Shown in pieces: positions 30,901 through 42,267 of a stretch of DNA of 64,000 bases (its first letter is position 1; each line of letters begins with the position of its first letter). The translations under genes were made by a program, and so were the position numbers. The DNA comes from an uncultured delta proteobacterium (GTDB lineage: Bacteria > Desulfobacterota > Desulfomonilia > UBA1062). Location of the stretch: positions 128,001 through 192,000 of the forward strand of contig CAVVYZ010000001.1 in NCBI GenBank assembly GCA_963752595.1, written 5' to 3'. The notes below the pieces were generated by a model that saw only the letters and a program-made list of their open reading frames with translations, was not told the DNA's origin and searched no databases.

Positions 30901-32925
30901 TCACACCAGGTGAAGCGCGTGTACGATCATGTCTATGAGCTTTATCCCGGGGAAGGGTGCGATCAGTCCGCCGAGACCGTAAATCAGGAGATTGCGCCGC
31001 AACATACTTTCGGCACTGAGCGGCCGGAACCTCACTCCCCTTAAGGCAAGCGGTATCAATGCCGCAATGATGAGTGCGTTGAAGATGACCGCACTTAAGA
31101 TAGCACTCTGGGGCGAGTGGAGTCGCATGATATTGAGCGGAGCGGCAACAGGGAAGAGGTTGATCAGCATGGCCGGGATGATGGCAAAGTACTTGGCAAC
31201 ATCGTTCGCAACGCTGAAGGTCGTGAGCGAGCCCCGTGTGATGAGCATCTGCTTTCCGATCTCCACAACCTCGATGAGCTTGGTCGGGTTGGAGTCGAGA
31301 TCCACCATGTTTCCTGCCTCTTTTGCAGCCTGGGTTCCGGTGTTCATGGCAACTCCCACGTCGGCCTGCGCCAGTGCCGGAGCATCGTTCGTGCCGTCGC
31401 CGGTCATTGCCACGAGATGACCTGCTGCCTGCTCTCTCCTGATGAGTCTCAGCTTGTCTTCGGGCCTGGCTTCTGCAATGAAGTCATCCACACCGGCCTC
31501 TTTCGCAATGGCCGCAGCGGTTCGGGGGTTGTCGCCGGTGATCATGACTGTCTTGATGCCTATGGCCCTGAAGCGCTCGAATCGGTCTTTCAACCCGCCT
31601 TTAACGATGTCTTTCAGGTGGATGGTGCCGAGCACGAGATCATTTTCCGCCACTACAAGGGGTGTACCTCCAGATTGAGCGATTGTGTCGACAACTCCGC
31701 TCACCTCCTCCGGGAGCTTTCTGCCAGTGAAGATCTCCATGACATCGGCAGATCCCTTGCGAATCCTTTTCCCGTCGATATCCACGCCGCTCATCCGCGT
31801 CTGGGCCGTGAAGTTGATAAAGACAGCATGCGGCATTTCCGCGATCGACCTGCCGCGGAGGCCGTACTGCTTAGCCAGGACGACGATGCTCCGTCCTTCG
31901 GGAGTCTCGTCGGCAAGGGAAGCGAGCTGGGCCGAACTTGCCAGTTCTTCCATTCTGACGCCCCTGGCAGGGATGATCTCCGTGGCCTGGCGATCACCCA
32001 GGGTAATGGTCCCGGTCTTGTCGAGCAGCAGCACGTCGACATCCCCGGCTGCTTCCACCGCGCGTCCGCTCATGGCCAGGACATTGCGCTGTACCATGCG
32101 GTCTATCCCGGCAATGCCGATGGCGTTCAGTAGGCCCCCGATGGTGGTGGGGATGAGGCAGACGAGAAGGGCTGTCAATGTGGTGATTGATATTGAGATC
32201 CCTGAATAAAGACCGAAAAATTTGAGAGTGATGACCACAACGAGAAAGATGATCGTCAGAGCGGAGAGCAGGATGGTCAACGCAATCTCATTGGGGGTTT
32301 TTTGCCTTTTTGCCCCTTCCACGAGCGAGATCATGTGATCGAGGAAGCTTTCTCCGGGATTTGCCGTGACCCTGATCCTGATCCAGTCCGAGATCACGTG
32401 CGTGCCGCCCACGACCGAGCTTCGATCGCCTCCCGCCTCCCTTAAGACCGGGGCGGACTCTCCGGTAATGGCCGACTCGTCCACCATGGCTACCCCTTCG
32501 ATGATCTCTCCGTCAGCCGGGATAGTCTCTCCTGCCGATACGAGCACGAGGTCACCCTGTTTCAATGCATCGGAGAGGACCTTTTCCATAGAGCCGTCTG
32601 CTTTCAGTCGATTGGCATAGGTCTGCTTGCGGGTTTTGCGCAGATTGTCGGCCTGGGCCTTGCCCCTTCCTTCTGCCATGGCCTCGGCAAAATTGGCAAA
32701 GAGCACCGTAAACCAGAGCCATAGTGATATCTGGAGGTTGAACAGGAGATGTTCGCCCCCAAACCCTATAATCAGCTCCAAGGTTGTGATCACGGCCCCG
32801 ACCTCGGTTACGAAGATCACCGGGTTTTTCATCAGATACAGGGGATGGAGCTTCTTCAACGAATCGGCACATGCCTGGAAAAGGATCTTTTTATCAAAGA
32901 GTGATTTGCTTTGTAAGATGGCCAT
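30901..32925 (-). CDS. kdpB: K+-transporting ATPase subunit B
   Basis: [18 protein letters not shown] and TGDGTND motifs. Confidence 0.98.
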   Translation of the reverse strand: MAILQSKSLFDKKILFQACADSLKKLHPLYLMKNPVIFVTEVGAVITTLELIIGFGGEHLLFNLQISLWLWFTVLFANFAEAMAEGRGKAQADNLRKTRKQTYANRLKADGSMEKVLSDALKQGDLVLVSAGETIPADGEIIEGVAMVDESAITGESAPVLREAGGDRSSVVGGTHVISDWIRIRVTANPGESFLDHMISLVEGAKRQKTPNEIALTILLSALTIIFLVVVITLKFFGLYSGISISITTLTALLVCLIPTTIGGLLNAIGIAGIDRMVQRNVLAMSGRAVEAAGDVDVLLLDKTGTITLGDRQATEIIPARGVRMEELASSAQLASLADETPEGRSIVVLAKQYGLRGRSIAEMPHAVFINFTAQTRMSGVDIDGKRIRKGSADVMEIFTGRKLPEEVSGVVDTIAQSGGTPLVVAENDLVLGTIHLKDIVKGGLKDRFERFRAIGIKTVMITGDNPRTAAAIAKEAGVDDFIAEARPEDKLRLIRREQAAGHLVAMTGDGTNDAPALAQADVGVAMNTGTQAAKEAGNMVDLDSNPTKLIEVVEIGKQMLITRGSLTTFSVANDVAKYFAIIPAMLINLFPVAAPLNIMRLHSPQSAILSAVIFNALIIAALIPLALRGVRFRPLSAESMLRRNLLIYGLGGLIAPFPGIKLIDMIVHALHLV

Positions 32926-32935
32926 GTCTGTTCCT

Positions 32936-34723
32936 TCAGAAGAGGATACCCGACTTCAGCATGAGCATGTGCTCGACGATGGGTCCGAGAGAGAGAACCG
33001 GGAAAAAAGTAAGTGCGCCCATGATGAGGATGACACCTGCTAAAAGGGATGCAAACATGAGCCCGGAAACCGGGAAGCTCACGCCGCCCCCGGCCGCCCT
33101 TTTCTTCTGCGCCATGTTCCCGGCCAAGGCAAGCACCGGAACGATCATGAAAAACCGGCCGAGGAGCATCGCACACGCAAGGAGCGTGTTGTACCAGGGG
33201 GTATCGGCATTGAGGCCGGCAAAGGCGCTGCCGTTGTTGCCCGCTCCTGAGGAAAAGGCATAGAGCATTTCGGACAGGCCGTGGGGACCTGAGTTGTTCA
33301 GGGAGGATGTGCCCCAGTTGCTGACGCCGGCCCATGCCGTGAGACCGAGGATGGTGAGTACCGGCACCATGAGGAAGAGGACGCTCACCTTCACGTCATA
33401 CGCCTCGATCTTCTTTCCCAGGTACTCAGGGGTGCGGCCTATCATGAGACCGGCAATGAATACCGTGATCACGACAAAGACGAGCATGCCGTACAACCCT
33501 GCGCCCACACCGCCGAATATGACCTCGCCGAGCTGGATGTTCAACAGCGGGATCATCCCTCCCAGAGGCGTAAAGGAATCATGCATGGAATTGACCGCTC
33601 CGCAGGAGGCATCTGTGGTCACGACTGCATACAGGGCGGAATTGAAGACCCCGAAACGGACCTCCTTGCCTTCCATATTGCCAAGAGCCGGATCGATCCC
33701 GATCTCATGGAGCCTGGGGTTGCCTGCGCTTTCAGCCCACCAGCAGATGAGAAAGGCTGTGAGGAAGAGCACAAGCATGGTGCCGAAGATTGTCCATCCG
33801 TGGCCTTGGTTTTTTACCATCCTGCCGAGATAATACGTGAGGCCTGCAGGGATGAGAAAAATGGAGAGCATCTGGATGAAGTTCGAAAGCGGAGTCGGGT
33901 TTTCAAAAGGGTGTGAAGAATTGGCGCCCAAGAAGCCGCCTCCGTTGGTCCCCAGGATTTTGATCGCTTCCTGCGAAGCAACCGGGCCTTGAGGGATGGA
34001 TACTGCTTCTACTTTTTTCTCCATTATTCCATCACCGGGTGCATCCCTCTTCACTGTCTCGATCACCGTCGGCTCCACAAGGTGTGCCGTGACGTAAGGG
34101 CTAAAATTCTGAATCACGCCCTGAGAGGCGAGGAACACGGCATAAACAAGGCAAAACGGGATGAGGAGGTAGAGATGTATGCGTACGATATCCACCCAGA
34201 AATTGCCTATAGTTTTCGCCGTATGCCGGGCAATGCCCCTCACCAAGGCTGCCGCAACAGCGATACCAACGGCTGATGAGGCAAAGTTGTGGAAGGCGAG
34301 CCCGACCATCTGGGATAGGTACGACATGGTTGACTCACCGCCGTAGCTCTGCCAGTTGGTGTTGGTCGTGAAGCTCACGGCCGTGTTGAAGGCAAGGTGT
34401 TCGCTCAACGGGCCAAACCCTTGAGGATTGAGCGGGAAGAGATGCTGCAGGCGTAGGATTCCATAAGTCATCACTAAACCGATCAGGCTGAAAAGAAGGA
34501 GCGACAAAGTATATTCCTGCCAGGCCTGCTCAGACTCGGGTTTTACGCCGAAGATCCGGTAAAGGAATATTTCAACAGGACGTAAAACAAGATCGAGAAA
34601 GGTTTTTCCTTTCGGGTCCAGTACTCTCGTGAGATAGACACCCATCGGCTTGGTCAGCGCCAGCAGGATTCCGGAAAACAGAACCAACTGGGTCCACCCG
34701 AAGGGAGAGTGAAATATGCTCAT
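32936..34723 (-). CDS. kdpA: K+-transporting ATPase subunit A
   Basis: [26 protein letters not shown] and NNGSAFAG motifs. Confidence 0.98.
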   Translation of the reverse strand: MSIFHSPFGWTQLVLFSGILLALTKPMGVYLTRVLDPKGKTFLDLVLRPVEIFLYRIFGVKPESEQAWQEYTLSLLLFSLIGLVMTYGILRLQHLFPLNPQGFGPLSEHLAFNTAVSFTTNTNWQSYGGESTMSYLSQMVGLAFHNFASSAVGIAVAAALVRGIARHTAKTIGNFWVDIVRIHLYLLIPFCLVYAVFLASQGVIQNFSPYVTAHLVEPTVIETVKRDAPGDGIMEKKVEAVSIPQGPVASQEAIKILGTNGGGFLGANSSHPFENPTPLSNFIQMLSIFLIPAGLTYYLGRMVKNQGHGWTIFGTMLVLFLTAFLICWWAESAGNPRLHEIGIDPALGNMEGKEVRFGVFNSALYAVVTTDASCGAVNSMHDSFTPLGGMIPLLNIQLGEVIFGGVGAGLYGMLVFVVITVFIAGLMIGRTPEYLGKKIEAYDVKVSVLFLMVPVLTILGLTAWAGVSNWGTSSLNNSGPHGLSEMLYAFSSGAGNNGSAFAGLNADTPWYNTLLACAMLLGRFFMIVPVLALAGNMAQKKRAAGGGVSFPVSGLMFASLLAGVILIMGALTFFPVLSLGPIVEHMLMLKSGILF

Positions 34724-34739
34724 GGTTCATACCCTCCTT

Positions 34740-34823
34740 TTAGAATTTTTCCGGGTGCAGAACCGTGAAGAACAGATATATGATGAGCAGGAGGCCGATG
34801 ATGAAGATGATTATGTCAGCCAT
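34740..34823 (-). CDS. kdpF: KdpF microprotein (27 aa)
   Basis: Manual translation MADIIIFIIGLLLIIYLFFTVLHPEKF (YL...PEKF signature), directly upstream of kdpA, with a GGGAGG RBS. Confidence 0.92.
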   Translation of the reverse strand: MADIIIFIIGLLLIIYLFFTVLHPEKF

Positions 34824-34826
34824 ATC

Positions 34827-34910
34827 CTAGAGCCTCCCGCATAGCCGCACATAGAGGATGCATATCCAGAAAAATGCTATTGTGGTCAGCATGTAAATGA
34901 GATCAATCAT
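34827..34910 (-). CDS. Second kdp-associated hydrophobic microprotein (27 aa)
   Basis: MIDLIYMLTTIAFFWICILYVRLCGRL with a GGGAGA RBS. It fills the gap between the kinase stop and kdpF. Confidence 0.75.
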   Translation of the reverse strand: MIDLIYMLTTIAFFWICILYVRLCGRL

Positions 34911-34921
34911 AGGTATTCTCC

Positions 34922-36751
34922 CTAAGAAGCAATGCTTCCTGCTCTCGGCAGGGAAAAGAAAAAGGTACTCCCTTTCCCTTCACTGCTTTCTATTCTGACA
35001 GCCCCGCCATGCGCTTCAATAATTTCTTTGACTATGGCAAGCCCGAGGCCTGTGCCTGTCCGGGTCTCCTGCCCGGGCACCCGGAAGAACCTGTCGAAGA
35101 TTTTAGGAAGACAAGAGGCCGGAATACCGATGCCCGTATCTGCTACTATAAACCATACGAAATTCTGCAATGTCTCGGCAGCGATCGATATGCGTCCGCC
35201 GGAAGGGGTATATTTGAGGGCATTGAAGAGCAGATTGTCGAAGACCTGCTCTATTTGTGCTTTATCCACATTGACATCGGGCAGATCATCCGGAAGATTC
35301 GTGCTCAACTCCACTCCACGATCACGCGCAGCGCTTTTGAAAGACCCGATTGCTTCAAAAACGATCTGGTAGGGCGAGATTGCCTCTGTTTTCCCGGCTG
35401 TCTTGCCGGATTCAATGCGGTCCATATCCAGGAGGTTCTCTATGATTCCGTACAGGCGGTCGCTGTCTTCCCGTGCAGTGGCCAGCAGATCGCCCTGCTC
35501 AGGGTTCAAAGTGCCGACTTTTTCTTCGAGCAGGATGTGCAGGGCCATGCGAACAGAGGTGAGCGGTGTCTTCAGCTGGTGTGATACAGTGGAAATAAAA
35601 TTCCTTTTCAACTCATTCTGTTCGACCTGTTTGGTTACATCGCTTAGGATCAGGATCGCTCCTGTCACTTGCTTGAAATTATCCAGGACGGGTACGGCCA
35701 TAGGACGGAAGTAGAGTTCTTCTGCATTATAAAAGTGCTGTATGATAGAAAGGGTTTTATTTTGCCCCGGTTTAAGCGAATGGGTGATTACTGCCTGGAA
35801 AAGCTCATCCATCCATTTGAAAGGCAGGTCCCGGATCAGAACTCCCAGCTTGAGTCCAAATATATTCCTGGCTTTTTCCGTGGCCATTTCTACGTGCCCG
35901 TCCGGATCCACGATGGCCACTGCGTCCGGCAGGCTGTCGAATGTCTGCTGTGCCGAACGCTGAAGCCGGATCAGCCTGGCTTCATCGCTGCGGCGGAGTT
36001 CACGTAAGCTTGCGGTCATCTCGTTGAATGCCTCGGAGAGGTGCCCGATTTCATCCCGCGAGTCACTCTTCATCACGAGATCAAGGTTACCGTGCCTGAT
36101 CTCATCTACAGATTTAGTAAGGCGCTTGATGGGCTTGAGTATCCACTTCCCGATGAGGATTATGTAGGCTACAGACACCGCAGCTCCAAGGAGCAGGAGG
36201 ATGTACATCTCCTGCCGGGCTTGAGCCGCCTTTGCCTTTGCCTTCAGGCTGGCCTGCTCCATGTTCTGCTGGTTCATGGAAAGGATTATGTCTGAGGTGT
36301 TATTGATCTCGTGGAATAGCGGAATGAGATCTTCGAAATAAATCTTACGCAGCGTTGTCCGTGATAGGGTTTCATCCTCCATTTCACGGATCTTGGATTT
36401 ATACTGCGAGAAAAGATTCCGGAGCCTGGAGGCCACATCACCTTCGCCGCTGATCGTGATATTGTTCAATTGAATGTCCAGTTCTGTTTCAAAATGAGAA
36501 GTATTCGTTCGAATGGCATGTATCCCATCATTTCTATACCCCAATAGAACGAGAAGTGCGCCGTCATTCATCTTCCCAAGGGATTCCTTCATCTCCTGGC
36601 AAGCAATCACACTCCGGTAGTTCTCTCTCAAGATAGCCTGGATAGCGCCTCCCAGGTCATTTACCCGGATGATGCTCCTGATTCCCAGTAGGGTAATAAT
36701 CAGGAGAAGACCCCCGAACCCGATCAGCATTTTTTGTCGTAAACCTACCAT
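34922..36751 (-). CDS. Membrane sensor histidine kinase (periplasmic helical sensor, HAMP, PAS; KinB-like architecture)
   Basis: TM-ILRENYRSVIAC-TM-HAMP; H-box SHQLKTPLT; NALKYT; GTGLGLAI. Confidence 0.9.
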   Translation of the reverse strand: MVGLRQKMLIGFGGLLLIITLLGIRSIIRVNDLGGAIQAILRENYRSVIACQEMKESLGKMNDGALLVLLGYRNDGIHAIRTNTSHFETELDIQLNNITISGEGDVASRLRNLFSQYKSKIREMEDETLSRTTLRKIYFEDLIPLFHEINNTSDIILSMNQQNMEQASLKAKAKAAQARQEMYILLLLGAAVSVAYIILIGKWILKPIKRLTKSVDEIRHGNLDLVMKSDSRDEIGHLSEAFNEMTASLRELRRSDEARLIRLQRSAQQTFDSLPDAVAIVDPDGHVEMATEKARNIFGLKLGVLIRDLPFKWMDELFQAVITHSLKPGQNKTLSIIQHFYNAEELYFRPMAVPVLDNFKQVTGAILILSDVTKQVEQNELKRNFISTVSHQLKTPLTSVRMALHILLEEKVGTLNPEQGDLLATAREDSDRLYGIIENLLDMDRIESGKTAGKTEAISPYQIVFEAIGSFKSAARDRGVELSTNLPDDLPDVNVDKAQIEQVFDNLLFNALKYTPSGGRISIAAETLQNFVWFIVADTGIGIPASCLPKIFDRFFRVPGQETRTGTGLGLAIVKEIIEAHGGAVRIESSEGKGSTFFFSLPRAGSIAS

Positions 36752-36778
36752 TGATCCACCTTCTTCCGGTTTACCTAG

Positions 36779-36793
36779 GCAATCATTGTGCCA
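36779..36793 (-). promoter_or_regulatory. Sigma54 promoter of the kinase-kdp operon
   Basis: Minus strand TGGCAC-AATGA-TTGC, a perfect -24/-12 consensus. Confidence 0.88.
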
Positions 36794-36847
36794 TGAGGAA
36801 TGTTAAATAATATCAATAAATTGATCACATTGAGCATATCTTTGAGT

Positions 36848-36892
36848 TTGCATTCGGCAAGGTGCCTGAAATGTGAAGCTTGCAAATTGCAA
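36848..36892. promoter_or_regulatory. Tandem upstream activator sites for a bEBP
   Basis: TTGCA-TTC-GGCAA (36848-36860) and TTGCA-AAT-TGCAA (36880-36892), 32 bp apart, upstream of the sigma54 site. Confidence 0.7.
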
Positions 36893-36935
36893 TGTTGCCT
36901 TCAGAAATGTAAGGTCTTGTTGGGAAGGTTCTAAG

Positions 36936-38285
36936 CTATATATTATAACGTTTCCGCCGACGCCAAAGAGTTGCCTGATCAATGCCAAGGATAGCGGCGG
37001 CTTCCTGCAGCGATTTCGTTCCTGCCAGAACACGGCGGATATGCGTTTCTTCAAGCTCATCAAGGGGAATGAAATCACCTGGTTTCGGTTGGTCGTTTGC
37101 GTTCACCAGTCTTTCCGGTAGATATTCGACTCCGACATTATCTTTGTTGCAGAGGATCGAAGCACGCTCGATGACGTTCCGTAGTTCACGGATATTTCCC
37201 GGCCAGGAATAACTGCTGAGGGCATGGAGGGAATCATTGGTAAAGCGCTGGATAGGCTTATGATTGCTGCGACTGAAAATGATCAGCATCCTCTCTGCCA
37301 GAGGAGGAATATCTTCTCTCCTCTTTCTTAAAGGAGGTATTTCAATCTGAATAACATTCAGCCTGTAGTAGAGATCCTCTCGAAACCGATGGTCTGCAAT
37401 CGCCTGTTCCAAGTTCATGTTCGTGGCTGCAACCAGGCGGACATCCGCTTTACGAGTAGTATGATCACCAAGGCGCTCATACTCTCTTTCTTGGATGAAC
37501 CGCAAGAGCTTCGGTTGGATGGAAATCGGGAGATCTCCTATCTCATCGAGGAACAGGGTCCCCCCTTCACATGTGGAGACACGCCCGGGATTATCGCGGA
37601 CCGCGCCTGTAAAGGAACCTTTGACATGCCCGAAAAGCTCGCTCTCTAAAAGCTCTGCGGACAAGCTCGGACACGAGATTTCAGCGAAAGGCTTTCCGGA
37701 TCGATTGCTCCATGCATGAATTGCCCTGGCAAATACACTCTTCCCTGTACCGTTTTCGCCGGTCAGCATGATGATGGAATCGGTCTGTGCTACCTGCCTT
37801 GCCAATTCGATGGTTCGCTGCATAAGAGGACTATCACTAGAGAAATCAACTTCAGGGCTTATCCGGTTCAGATCAGCCTGGAGGGCATTAATACGATGCT
37901 CAAGAGAACGTACTTCCATCACCTTTTGGACAGACAGCTTTACCTCGGCAGGAGTGAAAGGTTTAGGAATATAATCCGTGGCCCCTCTCTTAACCGCCTC
38001 CACGGCCGTATCAATCGACGCATAAGCAGTTATTACCACAATCTTCAGCCAGGGTGATTCTACCAGGAGCTCCGGAATCAGATCGAGACCGTTATCCAGG
38101 CCAAGACGAAGATCGACAAACGCCATGTCAAAGGAACGCCGGGAGCTTTCAGAAACGGCATCCTTATAATTACTGACAGCAACGACCTTATGTCCCAGTG
38201 TCTCAAGGTATAGCTTTAGTGTTTTCCTAATGTTCAGCTCATCATCAATAATAATGATGTTTAATTGATTATCAGGTATTATCAT
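36936..38285 (-). CDS. Sigma54-dependent response regulator (REC-AAA+-Fis HTH; AlgB/NtrC-like)
   Basis: REC domain, GENGTGKS, ESELFGHVKGSFTGA, WPGNIREL and C-terminal HTH. Confidence 0.95.
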   Translation of the reverse strand: MIIPDNQLNIIIIDDELNIRKTLKLYLETLGHKVVAVSNYKDAVSESSRRSFDMAFVDLRLGLDNGLDLIPELLVESPWLKIVVITAYASIDTAVEAVKRGATDYIPKPFTPAEVKLSVQKVMEVRSLEHRINALQADLNRISPEVDFSSDSPLMQRTIELARQVAQTDSIIMLTGENGTGKSVFARAIHAWSNRSGKPFAEISCPSLSAELLESELFGHVKGSFTGAVRDNPGRVSTCEGGTLFLDEIGDLPISIQPKLLRFIQEREYERLGDHTTRKADVRLVAATNMNLEQAIADHRFREDLYYRLNVIQIEIPPLRKRREDIPPLAERMLIIFSRSNHKPIQRFTNDSLHALSSYSWPGNIRELRNVIERASILCNKDNVGVEYLPERLVNANDQPKPGDFIPLDELEETHIRRVLAGTKSLQEAAAILGIDQATLWRRRKRYNI

Positions 38286-38433
38286 TCCGTAATTGCCTCG
38301 ATAGAGCACATGTACTTGGTCTCTGTTATTGTTTATACTTATTTGGATAACCTTTTGTAAGATAAAAATAAAGACTCAAGCTTGTCATGAGATTACCTTC
38401 GACAGAGGCGGCAGGATCATTTCTCGCCGGACT

Positions 38434-39424
38434 TTAACGGATGAGACCCTCGGGCAGCCGCCCTTCCAGGATGTCTCTGACCTGACGTGCCACGGAATCG
38501 GAGAGGCGGTCGCCCGCTTCCCTCGTCAGGGCACCTATGTGGGGAGAAAGGATCACGTTCTCCATTCCGGTCAGGGGATGGGACGCCGGCAGGGGTTCGG
38601 CGGCAAAGACATCCAGTGCCGCCCCCTCGATGCGGCCGGTCTGAAGCGCATCGATGAGCGCCTCCTCGTCGATCACCCTTCCCCGGGAAGTGTTCACCAG
38701 GATCATACCCGGTTTCACAGCCGACAGTGCATCGGCATCTATCAAGCTTTGTGTGCCGGGGGCCAGCGGGACATGGAGGGTGACCATATCCGCTTCCGAC
38801 AAGAGCTCGGTCAGGGTTACAGGCTCCACCCCCAGCCGGGTCCACTGCTCGGGATTCAAAGAGGGGTCGCATCCGATTATCTTCATGTCGAACCCGTGGG
38901 CGATCCCGGCAACCCGTGCCCCGATCTGCCCAAGCCCGACAACCCCGAGCGTTTTCCTCCATAATTCCCTGCCCGAAGCCCAGTCCGGCAAGGTCCTTCC
39001 CGCCTTGGCCCATTCGCCCGTCCTTACCCATGGATCGGCCTTGCAGATCCTCCTCAGCAGGCTCAAGAGCAGACCGAACGTAAGTTCGGCCACGGCCTGG
39101 GAATTCTCCCCGCGGCAGTTGCAGGGCTTGATGCCGCTGCGCTTCAGCGCCCCCACGTCGATGTGGTCATAGCCTGCCCCGTATGCAATCACCCCCTGCA
39201 AAGCCGGGGACCGGGCCAGCACCGCATCATTCACGCGGGACGTACTCGGAGACGATGACCTTCACGGCGGAGGAGCCGCCTATCTTCTCTGCAAGATCCC
39301 CGGCACTCCCGGCATCGGCCCATGCAAAGCCGCCCAAGCGGGAGAGCTCGGCTAAGGCACTGTCCGACAGGTAAAACCGGTCGGCGAATACGACGGGGGC
39401 AGAGAGGGCATGATGATCGGCCAT
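38434..39424 (-). CDS. D-isomer-specific 2-hydroxyacid dehydrogenase (frameshift near 39237)
   Basis: GAGYDHID, AVAEL, GVVGLGQIG, VNTSRG, ALDVFAAEP and SPHIG motifs. The N-terminus lies in ORF 39227-39424. Confidence 0.88.
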
Positions 39425-39439
39425 CGAACGTTTTCCCCT

Positions 39440-40815
39440 TCAGATACAGTCTGATTTGGGCAGGACCAGCACCAGTTTCAGGTCATTCACGTTGGTCCCT
39501 GTGGCGCCCGTCAGGATGGCATCTTCCAGTTCGCGGAGGACAGGGGTCACGTCGTGTCTGTTAAGCGCTGCATAGATATCGATCCCCCGCTTCCTTGCCC
39601 GCTCAGCCGTCAGGTTGTCCGACAATGCCTCCGGCGAAGTTCGTCGGGCCGTCGGTGCCGTCCGAATCCTGTCCGATGATCACCACGTCTCCGATTCCAT
39701 CGATCCAGAGTGCGGCGCCAAGGGAAAATTCCTGGTTCGGGCCCTCCCTGGCCCGGCCTCCGATGTGATCTTCACCGTGGTTTCTCCACCGCCGATGAGC
39801 ACGCAGGGGGCTTTGAGAGGCCTCCCGTTCAGAAGGATCTCTTTTGCAATCGCGGCAAAAGTTCCGCCCAGCTCCCTGCTTTCCCCCTCGAACATGGTGG
39901 AGAGGATCATGGTCTCGAGGTTCAGCTCTTTCGCCCGTTCTGCCGCACCTTCACAGGCAGCGGTCCCGGCAACGATGATGAAGTTGTCGATTTTATGGTC
40001 CGAGAGGTCCTTGGGCGTCTCCTGCGCCGGGCCGCCCGCCTTGAGATACCGGCTGACAGAGGCCGGCACCTTGTCCCAGAGCTCGTACTTGGTGAGCGTC
40101 CTGCGGGCGTCGTCGAAGCTCGACGTGTCGGGCACCGTGGGGCAGGTGATGTAGTCGAGAGGATCGCCGATCACGTCGGAAACGGTCAGATTGATGAGAT
40201 GCGCCTGGGGGTGGACAGCCTTGGCAAGCCATCCGCCTTTGATCCGGCTCAGGTGTTTCCGGACGTTGTTGATCTCGACGATGTTGGCGCCGCAGGTCAG
40301 GAGCAGCCTGTTGACGAGCTTCTTTTCATCGAGAGTGATTCCCTCCACCGGATAGGGCATGAGCGCCGAGCTCCCGCCGGTGACGCAGGCAAAAACGATG
40401 TCCCCCGGGAGAGTCTTTCCCGCAAGCGCAAGGGCTTCCTTTGCAGCGCTGAACCCTGCCTCGTCGGGGATGGGGTGGCTCGAGAAATAGAGCCGTGAAT
40501 GGGCCAGCGTTCCTTCCTGTCCGTATTTACAGATGATCACGCCATCCTCGATCCGGTCACCCAGGAGCTCTTCCAGCGCCTTGGCAATGGGATAGGTCGC
40601 CTTGCCGGTGCCCAGGAGAAAGATCCTCCCCTGTTTTTTCAGATCGATGCTGATCTCGCCTACGTGCAGGGTGTCCCTTTCGATGCTGACCAGCTTCCTG
40701 GTTGCCTTGTAAGGATCCGCCTTGGCCAGGGCATGGTCTACGATATCAAACGCGATGCGGCGCAATCTTTCATTGCCGTGCGAGAGAGAGCATCCAGATT
40801 CTTGATGTAACTCAT
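39440..40815 (-). CDS. Glycerate 2-kinase (MOFRL/DUF4147) family kinase, frameshifted
   Basis: GTGKA, HPIPD, TGGSSAL, INNVRKHLSRIKGG, SDVIGD, GGETTV and TGATGTNVNDL motifs. Start MSYIKN at 40815 after GGAG. Slips near 40780, 39745 and 39625. Confidence 0.88.
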
Positions 40816-40962
40816 TGGAACGTCTCCTTAAGCCTGCTTGAATAAGACAGGGCTGCGGCTCTTTGCTGCGGCTTTTTGCGACCTGCCGCAGCCCTGTCGT
40901 TGAACAGGGGAATCTGCTGACGTTTCTCTTTGCTGAATAAAACCGTTCCCCGTGTTCTCACA

Positions 40963-42235
40963 CTATAATGCGCAGCGGAAATCCAGCCCGGCGTAGCGGG
41001 CCTGCGAGCCGAGCTCCTCCTCGATGAGCAGGAGGCGGTTGTACTTGGCCGTCCTTTCGCTGCGGACGCCTGCTCCTGTCTTGATCTGGCCGGCATTGAT
41101 GCCCACGACAAAGTCTGCGATGATGGGGTCCTCGGTCTCGCCCGAGCGCTCGGAAACCATGATCCCGAAGCCTTGCCGATAGGCGAGTTCGGCCGCGTCG
41201 AGGGCTTCCGAGAGCGTCCCGATCTGGTTGAACTTCCACAGCAGGGCATTGGCTGCGCCCTTGGGCGCCCTTTCCCTGATGCGGGCAGGGTTCGTGCAGT
41301 AGAAGTCGTCGCCGACGATCTGAATGCCCAGTTCCTTGGTGGCCCGGACGAAGCCCTTGATGTCGTCCTCGCGAAGGGGTCCTCGATGGATATGATCGGG
41401 TAGTCCTTGCAGAGGGCTTTGTAGTAGTCGAAAAGTTCATCCGTGGTGTATTCGATGCCTTCGAGGGTGTATTTCTTGGTCTTTGTGTTGTAGAAGTGTG
41501 TGGCCGCGCAGTCGAAGCCATAGCCGATCTTCTTGTCATAGCCTGAGCGGTCGACCGCCTGGACCAGACAATCCATGGCCTCGCGCACCTTCTTGATCGG
41601 CGTGGCGAATCCGCCTTCGTCACCCACATTGGCCGCTATCTTACCGTAATTCTTGACGACGATCTCGCGGAGCTCGTTGTTGACCGCGTTGCCGATCATC
41701 ATGGCCTCGGTGAAGGTCTCGGCGCCGATGGGGAAGATGCAGAACTCCTGGAAATCGAGATCGTTTGAGGTCAGCTTGCCGCCGTTGAGCAGGTTCAGGA
41801 AGGGAACGGGCAGCACATGGGCATTGCAGTTGACATACCGGTACAGGGGAAGCTGACCGATGTTGCGGCGGCACGCGCCACTGCCACCGAAACGCCGACC
41901 ACGGCGTTTGCGCCGAGTTTGTACTTGTCCTTGCTCCCGTCGACGGCGCGCAGCTTCTCGTCTACCTTGCGCTGATCCGTTACATCCATGCCGATGATGG
42001 CGGGCCCGAGGATCTCGTTGACATTCTTCACTGCCTTGCGAACGCCCATGCCGTCATAGCGCTTTTCCTTGTCACGGATCTCTTTGGCCTCGTTGGCACC
42101 GGTCGAACGTCCGGCAGGTACATCGGCCCTGCCAAGGATCTCGTCGTTCACCCAGACATCCACCTGAACCGTCGGGTTCCAACGGCAGTCTAGTATCTCC
42201 CTGGCGAAGACGCCTGTAATTTTGAATTTTTTCAT
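40963..42235 (-). CDS. Divergent enolase paralogue, frameshifted
   Basis: [63 protein letters not shown] and RSERTAKYN motifs. Slips near 41855, 41372 and 41170. Confidence 0.9.
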
Positions 42236-42267
42236 CGTAGTGTCGCTCCTTTCGAATCCTTGATTTT

